A stretch of DNA of 62,838 bases, from the sequence record SRR31156797_11538; one strand, given 5' to 3'. The translations under genes were made by a program, and so were the position numbers. Under the pieces are notes generated by a model. That model ran no database searches and was not told the origin of the DNA. It worked only from the letters and a program-made list of their open reading frames with translations. Shown piece by piece: positions 1 to 8,118 of the stretch (its first letter is position 1; the number at the start of each line of letters is the position of its first letter).

Positions 1-74
1 AAGCGAAAGCTTCAACCCTTTTTTGCGTTTGTGCTGCAATGCCTTTGGTCTGGTCAAATTGAAGTAGTAGAGCG

Positions 75-764
75 CTACAAAAGCTTATGCATATTCTTCA
101 AAGCCTCGCGCTTGCTTAAGCCCGAAAGCCGATTCGCATTTGTCTCTACATAATCTTTTACGATCTGCGGATGAGTCCAAGCATAATCGCGAAGCGCCCA
201 GCCGATGGCTTTGCGCAGAAAAAATTCCTTTGAATTAATATTTGGTTCAATGCATTGCTGTAAGAAAATGAAATCAAGTTCATTTTTAAATCGAAGCTGG
301 CACAGAATAGCTGAACGTCGTTTCCACATGTGCTCATCGGTGGACCATTCAAGCATCAAAGATTTCATGCGTTCCGGCTCGGCGCGCAGGATATTTCCAA
401 GTGGCCCGGTCAGGTCATCACAATAATCCCACCATGCTCCGCTGACTATCATTTCCTTTACCATGGGCAGAGCTTCCCAAGTATGAAATTTGTGGCAAGG
501 CTTCCAGTCGATCAATTCCAGCGCCGTGTATCGCTCTTCACGAAATTCAGCTCGGCGCCAAAGTTCGAGCACTGCTGACTGCCACTTATCAAAATCCCAC
601 GGCTCGAATTCCTTGAAAATCTGAAGACATGGTTTACGGCGCAGGGGAGCACGGATGCCGTAAAAATCCATTTCGGATTTCATATATTTCTTCATGCTCG
701 GTGCGCGATCTGGATCAGCAAGTGCTTGTAGGGTTTTGCGGATGGTGGCAAGAAGAGTGGTCAT
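75..764 (-). CDS. DNA alkylation repair protein (AlkD-like HEAT-repeat DNA glycosylase family)
   Basis: Motifs YMKSEMDFYGIRAP, WWDYCD, W-KRRSAILCQL and EFFLRKAIGWALRDY are typical of the DNA_alkylation/AlkD family. The ATG directly follows the upstream stop; SD-like AAGGGAG. Confidence 0.85.
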   Translation of the reverse strand: MTTLLATIRKTLQALADPDRAPSMKKYMKSEMDFYGIRAPLRRKPCLQIFKEFEPWDFDKWQSAVLELWRRAEFREERYTALELIDWKPCHKFHTWEALPMVKEMIVSGAWWDYCDDLTGPLGNILRAEPERMKSLMLEWSTDEHMWKRRSAILCQLRFKNELDFIFLQQCIEPNINSKEFFLRKAIGWALRDYAWTHPQIVKDYVETNANRLSGLSKREALKNMHKLL

Positions 765-2138
765 CTACCCATCTCCCTTGAAAAATTTAACATACTGCCG
801 GTCCGTGTTGTTGATATGGTTAATAATCCAATCTTGCAGAAATGAATCAATACTGTCCGGGAAGATATATTTCTTGTCCCGGTTCAGATCCATTACCTCG
901 CGAGTGATGCGGCGATGTTCTTCCATGTGCTTTTCAATTTCAGGGAAGCCTTTTTTCTGCATAAATGCTTCTTCACGGGCAAAGTGGCTGGAGGTATATT
1001 CCAACAGACGGTCGAAAAGTCGCGCAATTGCTTCTTGGTCCTGCCCATCGCGTAGGGCTGTCTGGAAATCTTCGGCATAACGGACCAACACCCGATGTTC
1101 GGCATCAATGGAAGGAATTCCGAGCAATAGGTCTTCGGACCATTTGATGTTGCTTTGTAGTTCACAACAGGCTCCGTCTTTTTTAACCAGCTCCAGCACG
1201 GAATCGCCGTAGTTTAGCTCCATGTCATCAGCAGGATTTTCAATATCAGTTCCATCGGCGCGATGTAGAACCAGTGCGCTGATGGCTCCGGTTTTTTCCT
1301 TCACTTCAGCGACTTTGGTCGGGGAGCTATCGTAGTGGGGAAAAATACGCAGACTATAACCCATTACTTCGTGGGCGGCAGGGGATTTGGTTTCCGGTTC
1401 GGCCACTCCGGCATGGCGCGCAAGAATATGGCCAATCTGTTCGCCGCCAAGGTCAAGCGGGTAAACCACGGTATTGGCTCCGGCGCGGAGCATGCGATAT
1501 TCAATGGACGGGTTAGTTCCTCGGGCTACAACGAAAATGTCGGAATTAAGTTCCCGGGCTGCAAGTGATATATTAATGTTGCTGGCATCATCATTAATAC
1601 AGAGCACAATGAAATCAGCCCGACGAATTCCAGCAGAAAGCAGAACTCCGTCCACAGCACCGTCGCCATGTAAAATTTTATAACCGCGCTGCTCAGCCTC
1701 AGTTAATTGTTCCTCGTCATTATCCAGAACAACAAAATCCAAACCCAGTTCATAGAGTTTCAGGGATACGGCCCGGCCTATTTTACCGTAACCGCAGACA
1801 ATTGTGTGCTTTTCTAATTTGTTGATTCTGTCGTTCATTTTCTTTTTCTCGTAAAGGTTTCTAATTCCTGACTGAACAATAACTTTTGCGACTTGAGCCA
1901 CAAAAACAGCGGCAAGACCGAGTCCTGCAAAAATCAGGACTATAGTGAAAATCCTTCCGGAAGGGGAGAGATCATGTATTTCCCCGAACCCGATAGTAGT
2001 GATGGTGATCACGGTCATGTAAAGAGCATCGAGTATGGACCAGTTCTTTTCAAAGTACAGGTAGCCCGCGGTTCCGCCCAAAAGGACCGTGAAAAATGCG
2101 ACTAGTAGTTGTATATTCTGACGAATGTTAGGTGACAT
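765..2138 (-). CDS. 2-TM potassium channel with RCK (TrkA-N) domain and C-terminal bacteriohemerythrin domain
   Basis: Pore/filter TITTIGFGEI between two TM helices; Rossmann motif HTIVCGYGKIG; C-terminal W-x5-GIPSIDAEH...HFAREE...HMEEH...WIINHINNTD hemerythrin signature. Confidence 0.9.
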   Translation of the reverse strand: MSPNIRQNIQLLVAFFTVLLGGTAGYLYFEKNWSILDALYMTVITITTIGFGEIHDLSPSGRIFTIVLIFAGLGLAAVFVAQVAKVIVQSGIRNLYEKKKMNDRINKLEKHTIVCGYGKIGRAVSLKLYELGLDFVVLDNDEEQLTEAEQRGYKILHGDGAVDGVLLSAGIRRADFIVLCINDDASNINISLAARELNSDIFVVARGTNPSIEYRMLRAGANTVVYPLDLGGEQIGHILARHAGVAEPETKSPAAHEVMGYSLRIFPHYDSSPTKVAEVKEKTGAISALVLHRADGTDIENPADDMELNYGDSVLELVKKDGACCELQSNIKWSEDLLLGIPSIDAEHRVLVRYAEDFQTALRDGQDQEAIARLFDRLLEYTSSHFAREEAFMQKKGFPEIEKHMEEHRRITREVMDLNRDKKYIFPDSIDSFLQDWIINHINNTDRQYVKFFKGDG

Positions 2139-2337
2139 CTTGCAGCTTATTTTCCAATGTGTTTATATACGAAGTGATTGTTATAAATTAAAATATGGTA
2201 ACTTCCCCCTTTTATCAACCAGTTAGCAATCAACTGACAATGACAGATGCGATAATTTTCATGGACATAGCAGATTACAGGCAATACAATTCAACCTGCC
2301 TGTAAATATAGAGAATTTTATTTAAAGGAGTTTCATA

Positions 2338-2535
2338 GTGAGTGATGTCAAAAAAAGTGTAGATTATATCTTCCATGGTCTGGATGCTCTTGATATTCTG
2401 CTCTGTTCAAAAGAAGCTGAAAACCTCAATGTCCGCAATATTGTTGGACTTCTTCACCCTATCCTCGACGATGCCAAGCGTAGGGCACATACTGAAATTT
2501 CCGCACGCAGTGGCAATAAAGAAGAAGACTCTTAG
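2338..2535 (+). CDS. Small hypothetical protein (65 aa)
   Basis: GTG start preceded by AAAGGAG; fills the gap before the amidohydrolase; no recognised family. Confidence 0.6.
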   Translation: MSDVKKSVDYIFHGLDALDILLCSKEAENLNVRNIVGLLHPILDDAKRRAHTEISARSGNKEEDS

Positions 2536-2552
2536 GGCGTAAAGGATTTTAA

Positions 2553-3806
2553 ATGGATTTAAATAAACTGGTTCATGCTGAACTGGACGAATTGGTTGGA
2601 ATTTACAAACATCTGCATGCCAATCCTGAGCTTTCAAATGAGGAGGAGAAATCTTCCAAGTTGGTTGCCGATCAGCTAGAGGCGTGCGGTATTTCTGTAA
2701 CCCGCAACTTCGGTGGTTACGGCGTTGTGGGGATTCTTGATAATGGCGATGGCCCGACCATGATGGTCCGTGGCGACATGGATGCTCTGCCCATCACTGA
2801 AGAAACCGGACTTGATTACGCTAGTTCTGTCAGAGGTAAAGATCCTTCCGGAAACGATACTGGTGTGATGCATGCCTGCGGTCACGATATACACATGACC
2901 ACTCTGGTTGGGACCGCCCGGGTGCTTTCCAAATCCACGGAGCACTGGAGCGGAAAAATAATATTTGTAGGTCAACCCGCTGAAGAATCTATGTCCGGGG
3001 CAAGAACCATGATTGAGCAGGGGCTTTTTGAGAAGTTCGGTCTTCCTGATTATTGCCTTGCCACTCATGTTATACCCAAGCTTGAAGCCGGGAATATTAT
3101 GGTTAAATCCGGTCCGATCATGGCTGGAACATATCAGCTGAAAATTACTGTTCGCGGAGTAGGGGGGCATGGTGCCATCCCGCAAGAATGTATTGATCCT
3201 GTTGTACTCGCCGCCCGGATCGTAACTTCGCTGCAAACTATTGTCAGCCGCGAGTTTAGCCCGCTTGATCCGGCCGTTGTCACCGTCGGTTCCATCCATG
3301 GCGGAACAAGGGCCAACATAATTCCCGGTGAAGTGGTTATGGAAGTTACCGCAAGATTTTGTGATTCCGAAGGTCATGACCGAATTTTCGAGTCAGTGAA
3401 GCGAATTTGCAAATATGAAGCCCTGTCCATGGGATTACCTGAAAATTTGTTGCCTATAGTTGAATTTGATGATGAAAGTGATCTTCCTGCCACAACCAAT
3501 GATAGTGGATTAGCTGAGATTGTCCGCAAAGCTGCCGGAGAACATCTTGGCGAAGAGAAGGTCTATGAAGCTGAAATGGTCATGGGTAGTGAGGATTTTT
3601 CCCTGTTCAGAACAGCTGGAAGCAAAGAAACTCCCTCGTGCCTGTTCTTTACCGGGGCTACGTCTGCTGAAGAAATGGCTTTGTTCCATGAAAAAGGAAT
3701 TAACCCGCCATCAATTCATAACAGCAAATTTTATCCACCGCCTGAACCGACCATCAAGACTGCCGTCACCACCATGGCGGGAACGGTATTGAGAATTTTG
3801 AGATAG
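2553..3806 (+). CDS. M20D family amidohydrolase (hippurate hydrolase/aminoacylase-like)
   Basis: HANPELSNEE, RGDMDALP, MHACGHDIH, QPAEE, GGHG, GSEDF and C-terminal H-S motifs. Confidence 0.92.
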   Translation: MDLNKLVHAELDELVGIYKHLHANPELSNEEEKSSKLVADQLEACGISVTRNFGGYGVVGILDNGDGPTMMVRGDMDALPITEETGLDYASSVRGKDPSGNDTGVMHACGHDIHMTTLVGTARVLSKSTEHWSGKIIFVGQPAEESMSGARTMIEQGLFEKFGLPDYCLATHVIPKLEAGNIMVKSGPIMAGTYQLKITVRGVGGHGAIPQECIDPVVLAARIVTSLQTIVSREFSPLDPAVVTVGSIHGGTRANIIPGEVVMEVTARFCDSEGHDRIFESVKRICKYEALSMGLPENLLPIVEFDDESDLPATTNDSGLAEIVRKAAGEHLGEEKVYEAEMVMGSEDFSLFRTAGSKETPSCLFFTGATSAEEMALFHEKGINPPSIHNSKFYPPPEPTIKTAVTTMAGTVLRILR

Positions 3807-3808
3807 TT

Positions 3809-3834
3809 TGCCTTCGGCGGCTTAAACCCTTTTG
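3809..3834 (+). repeat. Intergenic REP-like element copy (TGCCTTCGGCGGCTTAAACCCTTTTG)
   Basis: Near-identical to 31044-31070; shares its 5' core with 19758; starts 2 nt after a stop codon. Confidence 0.6.
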
Positions 3835-3844
3835 CAAGCAAAAA

Positions 3845-3880
3845 AAGAATCGCAATACTTAAAAAGGTATTGCGATTCTT
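3845..3880. terminator. Bidirectional intrinsic terminator between convergent genes
   Basis: Perfect 14-bp inverted repeat AAGAATCGCAATAC/GTATTGCGATTCTT with flanking A-tract. Confidence 0.75.
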
Positions 3881-3911
3881 GTCTAATTGAAAGGGATGAG
3901 GTCTGGAGACA

Positions 3912-5999
3912 TTAAAATGGAAAACTAACTTCTTTTCCGGCTCCGACTTTGGCCAGCTTGGTATCGATGGCATTTAGTCGTGCTTTTGCGGCTTCCTTCT
4001 GAGCCTTACGATCAGCTCGTTTGATGACTGTTTTCAGGAACCGCTTGGCAGTTTCGAATTGTCCCTTGTGTTCATAAATCATGGAAGCACGATACATGGC
4101 AGTTACAGCCCAGATATTCTGTTCCGGAAATTTCCATGCCAATTCTAGATAATGCTTGAGCGCCTTTTCCTTTTTACCCATAGCGTGCTCACCCTCGGCA
4201 ATCCAGAAGAGTACTTCTGCGCGCAGTTCGTCATTTTCCAACTGGTCACGGCCTAACCAGATTCTTTCAAGTATCGCTTGAGCTTTTTTTAAGTCGCCTT
4301 TCTGCTGGATCATCAGCGCAAGCTTCAACTCTTTTTCTGCAGGAAGGGTTCCTCCTGACTGAAGAATTTCATTATAAGCATTCATGGCTTTATCGTCTTT
4401 ACCAACAGCAAGATCATAGGCAACTGCGGCGCTTAACCATTTTAAGCGTAATTCTGGGCCATACTTATCTTGATCAACACGTTTTAGGTAGTATGCAGAT
4501 AATTTGAAATCCCTGTTTTGAGCAGCCTGATCGGCGAGATAGATGAAACTTTCTGCCCCAAGTTTAGATTTGGGAAACAGGAAAGCACAGCGTCGGGCAA
4601 TTTTGGCACCTTGCTTTTTCTCTACTTGTTTTGCCAGATCAGCAAAGACAAGCAATCTATCCAGAGGGTTACTATTAATAACCGTATTGAGGCTCTTAGG
4701 GGAAATAGACTTCCAGAATGAGGTCTTGATTTCTGCTAAATACTCGATCCCGGCAGCTTCACTCAGTCCGGAAATGATATAAAGATGCTCATTCTTTCCG
4801 TAGTCAGCAGTACTGAGAACTCTGGATAAAGGCAGCTTGAAGGCAATCCCACAGGCAATCCTGAGGCTCATGGGCAGAGTGTCTTTATCCAAACGCTTCA
4901 GGATACTTTCGGCAAGCTCCATGTCTCCGGTCAGAAATGCAAATGCCAAACGATAGTTTTGCAGTGCATTAACCAGATCGCTAGACAGCAATAAAGATCC
5001 GGTTTCGCGGTCGATGGTTTCCAGAGCTTCCTGCGGCTCCATTTCCATTAGCTTTTTACGGAAAACATTCCAGGCAGGTGATGTCGGAGCACCAAGCTGC
5101 CAGAGAGCAGGGGAGACAATTGCTGGTTCTAGAACCCCTGCCTTGATAAATGAAGCCGGTCGAACCAGATTCTTTTCATTAAATATAGACACTGACTCGG
5201 GAACTTTTCCGGATTCAAGGTACTGGTTCACTGATTTCCAGAAAGTCTGAACCGTTGAATTGGATACTGCGTCCAAAGCGCGATTGGATTTTTCCCATTC
5301 GCCAATGCTGGCCGCTGCCAAAGACTGAGCAATAAACAGACGATCTTCATCACCTACAGCAGTTGAGTTGGTAACAAGAGGGATACTCTCCGAAGTGCTG
5401 TTCAAACCTCCAAGTCTGGATTTGCTATTGATAACAAAATAGGTTGTGGGCCAGACTTTCTCAGCTTGTCCAAAGGTCTGTTCGAGAAGCATCTTGCGAG
5501 ATTCACGGGCGGAGTCAGGGGTTACCCGATATCCCCAATAAAGGGAACGCCAGACATCAAACCAGATGCTTTTAAGGTATGAATCTTCTCTAAACTTGGC
5601 AGCCATCACATCTTGATCCATCAAGCGTGCGGCCTGACTGAACCAAATTACACCCTTTACAGGATCACCGAGGGCGCGTTGACATTTACCGCCCAGCCAG
5701 AGCCGGGTGATTTCCTGGGTCTTATCACTGAAGGCTGGTGTGGATTGCAAGTTTTCAAGACAAGCTGAGTAGCGCCCCAATTTAAAAGCTGTCTCGGCAC
5801 GCTTCAAAATCAGCTCTGGTGTATTTCCGGTCTGAGAATAGTTCTGTTCCAGAATGTCCCATGCGCCATATTTTTCCAGCCAGGATTCAAAGGAATCTTT
5901 CTTTCCTGATGAAGCGGCAAAAACATTTCCACTTCCACCGAACAAAACGGCTGCAGCCAGAAGGGAAGGTAGTATCTTTTTCTTAAGTCTCAAACTCAT
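3912..5999 (-). CDS. Exported tetratricopeptide-repeat protein
   Basis: N-terminal signal peptide (KKK, hydrophobic core, VFA-A); helical repeats such as AEVLFWIAE...ALKHY and AMYRASMIYEHKGQFETAKRFL. Confidence 0.75.
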   Translation of the reverse strand: MSLRLKKKILPSLLAAAVLFGGSGNVFAASSGKKDSFESWLEKYGAWDILEQNYSQTGNTPELILKRAETAFKLGRYSACLENLQSTPAFSDKTQEITRLWLGGKCQRALGDPVKGVIWFSQAARLMDQDVMAAKFREDSYLKSIWFDVWRSLYWGYRVTPDSARESRKMLLEQTFGQAEKVWPTTYFVINSKSRLGGLNSTSESIPLVTNSTAVGDEDRLFIAQSLAAASIGEWEKSNRALDAVSNSTVQTFWKSVNQYLESGKVPESVSIFNEKNLVRPASFIKAGVLEPAIVSPALWQLGAPTSPAWNVFRKKLMEMEPQEALETIDRETGSLLLSSDLVNALQNYRLAFAFLTGDMELAESILKRLDKDTLPMSLRIACGIAFKLPLSRVLSTADYGKNEHLYIISGLSEAAGIEYLAEIKTSFWKSISPKSLNTVINSNPLDRLLVFADLAKQVEKKQGAKIARRCAFLFPKSKLGAESFIYLADQAAQNRDFKLSAYYLKRVDQDKYGPELRLKWLSAAVAYDLAVGKDDKAMNAYNEILQSGGTLPAEKELKLALMIQQKGDLKKAQAILERIWLGRDQLENDELRAEVLFWIAEGEHAMGKKEKALKHYLELAWKFPEQNIWAVTAMYRASMIYEHKGQFETAKRFLKTVIKRADRKAQKEAAKARLNAIDTKLAKVGAGKEVSFPF

Positions 6000-6273
6000 G
6001 AAAACCTCATGGATTTAGATTTCAAGTCAATGTGATTAATGGGTTACCACTGAGATAAAGAAAAGCGTCTCAAGAGGCAAATTTAATCGTTCACTATGAT
6101 CAACTAATGTCCAAGAAATCGATTAGTAGCAAAATAAACCATCCTCACACATATGATATAAGATCGATAATAGCTAAGAATCTTAATTTTAAAACTAAAA
6201 TAAAAAACAGCTTATCGATGTCGGATAGTATCTGGATGAAATGAACACTTAAATTCTAGACTTCATCTGCCAA

Positions 6274-6301
6274 AGTTTACATAATTTACATTATGAGACA
6301 A
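6274..6301 (-). other. Putative chromosomal dif site (XerC/XerD recombination site)
   Basis: Minus strand reads TTGTCTCATAA-TGTAAA-TTATGTAAACT: an 11-6-11 layout with CATAA/TTATG inner palindrome and a XerD-type TTATGT arm, in a 600-bp AT-rich non-coding gap. Confidence 0.85.
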
Positions 6302-6531
6302 TTATATAAAGTGAGTAATATCAATATATTACATACTCTTTGTCCTGTATTGAGAAATTCTGGGGCTGTACGAGCTTAATATCGCTCTTTTGGTTCTATA
6401 GCCTGGCTGCTTGATCTGTTTTTTGGATTTGTTCTACCTTAAGCTTTTGAATTTAATCTCTTGAATAGAGGACTTAGAAATTAAATTTAAAACGCTTAGA
6501 AACTAAATTTGGAAGTTTCATTTTCTTCATC

Positions 6532-6567
6532 AAAAAAGCCTTGGCTGACACTCAGTCAGACAAGGCT
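6532..6567 (-). terminator. Intrinsic terminator after the transaldolase-like gene
   Basis: AGCCTTG-CTGAC...GTCAG-CAAGGCT stem with an A6 tract (U-tract on the minus strand). Confidence 0.65.
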
Positions 6568-6601
6568 CTCAGGACAATTGTATGTGATTGTCAACTTAAC
6601 G

Positions 6602-7195
6602 CTAGCTGACGTTCTCCATAAACTTCATTAAAATTTTAAAAGGAACTTCCATTCCGTTAATTCCCATTCGGGTAAGGTAGTTTAAATCCACAGAATCATC
6701 GAATACTTCAGCCATGACATCTGCATTCAAACCGTGAATACTTATCAGACTTAAAGCTTCGGGCAGAATTGAATAGCTATCTTTGTCTCTTTGCAAAACG
6801 GAATTCATATTAAAACTCACAAAATCCGCACCAGACTTGGCCGCCATAATGGCCTTGGTAATACTGTCCAGCCCGCTCATTTTCACTGACACATCTTTAG
6901 CTGTCAGTAATTTGCATGCCTTAAAACCTTCAAGTGTAGCTTTAATGCTGATTACAATATTTGGACTAAGCCGCAATAACTGAAGCGAGTCGTTGAGAAT
7001 ATCTTCAGAGCTGTTGCCGTTTGCAGGTACAAAAATAGGCCCATTTACTCTTGAGATGATAGATTTAGAATTATTATCCGCAGCAACGCACTTTTCTTCA
7101 CCGTTCTCCGGCAGTAGGCAGACACCGTCGATTAATCCATATTCGACGGCTTTTTGTACTTCGTATAGTGAACAGGTTTTGAGGTAGATTTTCAT
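6602..7195 (-). CDS. Degenerate transaldolase/fructose-6-phosphate aldolase family protein (catalytic residues substituted)
   Basis: Colinear with small TAL/FSA proteins (MKIYL, GLIDGV, GPI, EGFKACK-L, AIMAAKSGADFVS, G-x4-VPF), but Asp6, TTNP and the Schiff-base Lys are replaced. Strong SD. Confidence 0.75.
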   Translation of the reverse strand: MKIYLKTCSLYEVQKAVEYGLIDGVCLLPENGEEKCVAADNNSKSIISRVNGPIFVPANGNSSEDILNDSLQLLRLSPNIVISIKATLEGFKACKLLTAKDVSVKMSGLDSITKAIMAAKSGADFVSFNMNSVLQRDKDSYSILPEALSLISIHGLNADVMAEVFDDSVDLNYLTRMGINGMEVPFKILMKFMENVS

Positions 7196-7222
7196 AGTAC
7201 TCCCCTTCCCTCTTTCTGGCGC

Positions 7223-7259
7223 AAAAAAAGAACCCTTTCAACTCAGGTCAAAAGGGTTC
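7223..7259 (-). terminator. Intrinsic terminator between the TRASH-domain gene and the transaldolase-like gene
   Basis: GAACCCTTT...AAAGGGTTC stem followed by a 7-U tract on the minus strand. Confidence 0.6.
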
Positions 7260-7279
7260 ATATAAATATTACGAACAAC

Positions 7280-7546
7280 CTATTCGCTGCTATCAGCCTC
7301 AAGTCGTTTGATATACTTCTCACGACACTCGTAGGAGCAGAAGCATTCAACCTTTTCCCCGTTGCGGACTCGAATATCGCCATCTTTGGGTACATAGGCT
7401 CCGCAGATGGGATCTTTGACCATCTCGCCGGTTTTGACTTTCTTATTAAAGTCCTTGCCTTCTTTTTCCTGTTTCTTTTTCTGATCGCCAGTAAATAGCT
7501 TCCACATGACAAATGCGGCAATGGCGATAACAATAAATTTCATCAT
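7280..7546 (-). CDS. Small membrane-anchored TRASH/YHS-like metal-binding protein
   Basis: N-terminal TM helix, then VKDPICGAYV...CFCSYECREKY. Start moved to the ATG at 7546 behind a GAGGTG SD. Confidence 0.8.
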   Translation of the reverse strand: MMKFIVIAIAAFVMWKLFTGDQKKKQEKEGKDFNKKVKTGEMVKDPICGAYVPKDGDIRVRNGEKVECFCSYECREKYIKRLEADSSE

Positions 7547-7565
7547 AACTATTATACACCTCAAT

Positions 7566-7599
7566 AAAAAAAGGCCGCACCTAAATAGATGCGGCCTTT
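7566..7599 (-). terminator. Intrinsic terminator after folK
   Basis: AAAGGCCGCA...TGCGGCCTTT stem with an A7 tract. Confidence 0.7.
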
Positions 7600-7602
7600 G
7601 AA

Positions 7603-8118
7603 TTAATCCTGATAAATCTTATTACCTTCAGTGCGGTAATCGATTTTCTTCAGAGCGTCAGCAACGGATGTTCCGTCAGGGAAGACGAGTTCCGGATTAA
7701 TATCGGTCAGCGGCAGAAGCACAAATGCTCTTTCCAATGCCCTTGGATGCGGAACTGTTAAATAGTTACCGCTCTCGATAATCCGATTTCCGAAGAGAAT
7801 GATGTCCAGATCAATGGTCCGGGGGCCGTTTTTAACTTCCCGTACTCTATCCATCTGCCCTTCCACAGCCTGAAGCGTGGAAAGAAATCCTTCTGCGGAC
7901 CAGAGTTCGGGGTCAACGTCGAAACGGACCACCTGATTTTTAAACCATGGCTGATCTTTCAATCCCTGAGGTTCAGTCTCGTAAGTTTCAGACCAGACTT
8001 CAGGATCAATACCTTCATATTTTTCCAGTCTAGCAACGGCCTGATTCAAATTATCTTCAGTGTCTCCAATATTTGAACCAAGACTGACGTAGACCTTTAC
8101 AGTTTGGATATCCGTGAT
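7603..8118 (-). CDS. folK: 2-amino-4-hydroxy-6-hydroxymethyldihydropteridine diphosphokinase (start uncertain, probably non-canonical)
   Basis: YETEP, QPWFKNQV, GPRTIDLDIILF and VPHPRALERAFVLLPL motifs. The frame continues upstream of the TTG at 8049 through VYVSLGSNIGD. Confidence 0.92.
   Translation of the reverse strand: MTDIQTVKVYVSLGSNIGDTEDNLNQAVARLEKYEGIDPEVWSETYETEPQGLKDQPWFKNQVVRFDVDPELWSAEGFLSTLQAVEGQMDRVREVKNGPRTIDLDIILFGNRIIESGNYLTVPHPRALERAFVLLPLTDINPELVFPDGTSVADALKKIDYRTEGNKIYQD

Noticed and set aside
6000-6600. AT-rich gap as oriC, a CRISPR leader or an IS scar
   Set aside because: No clustered DnaA boxes, repeat-spacer array or terminal inverted repeats were seen; dif explains it better.
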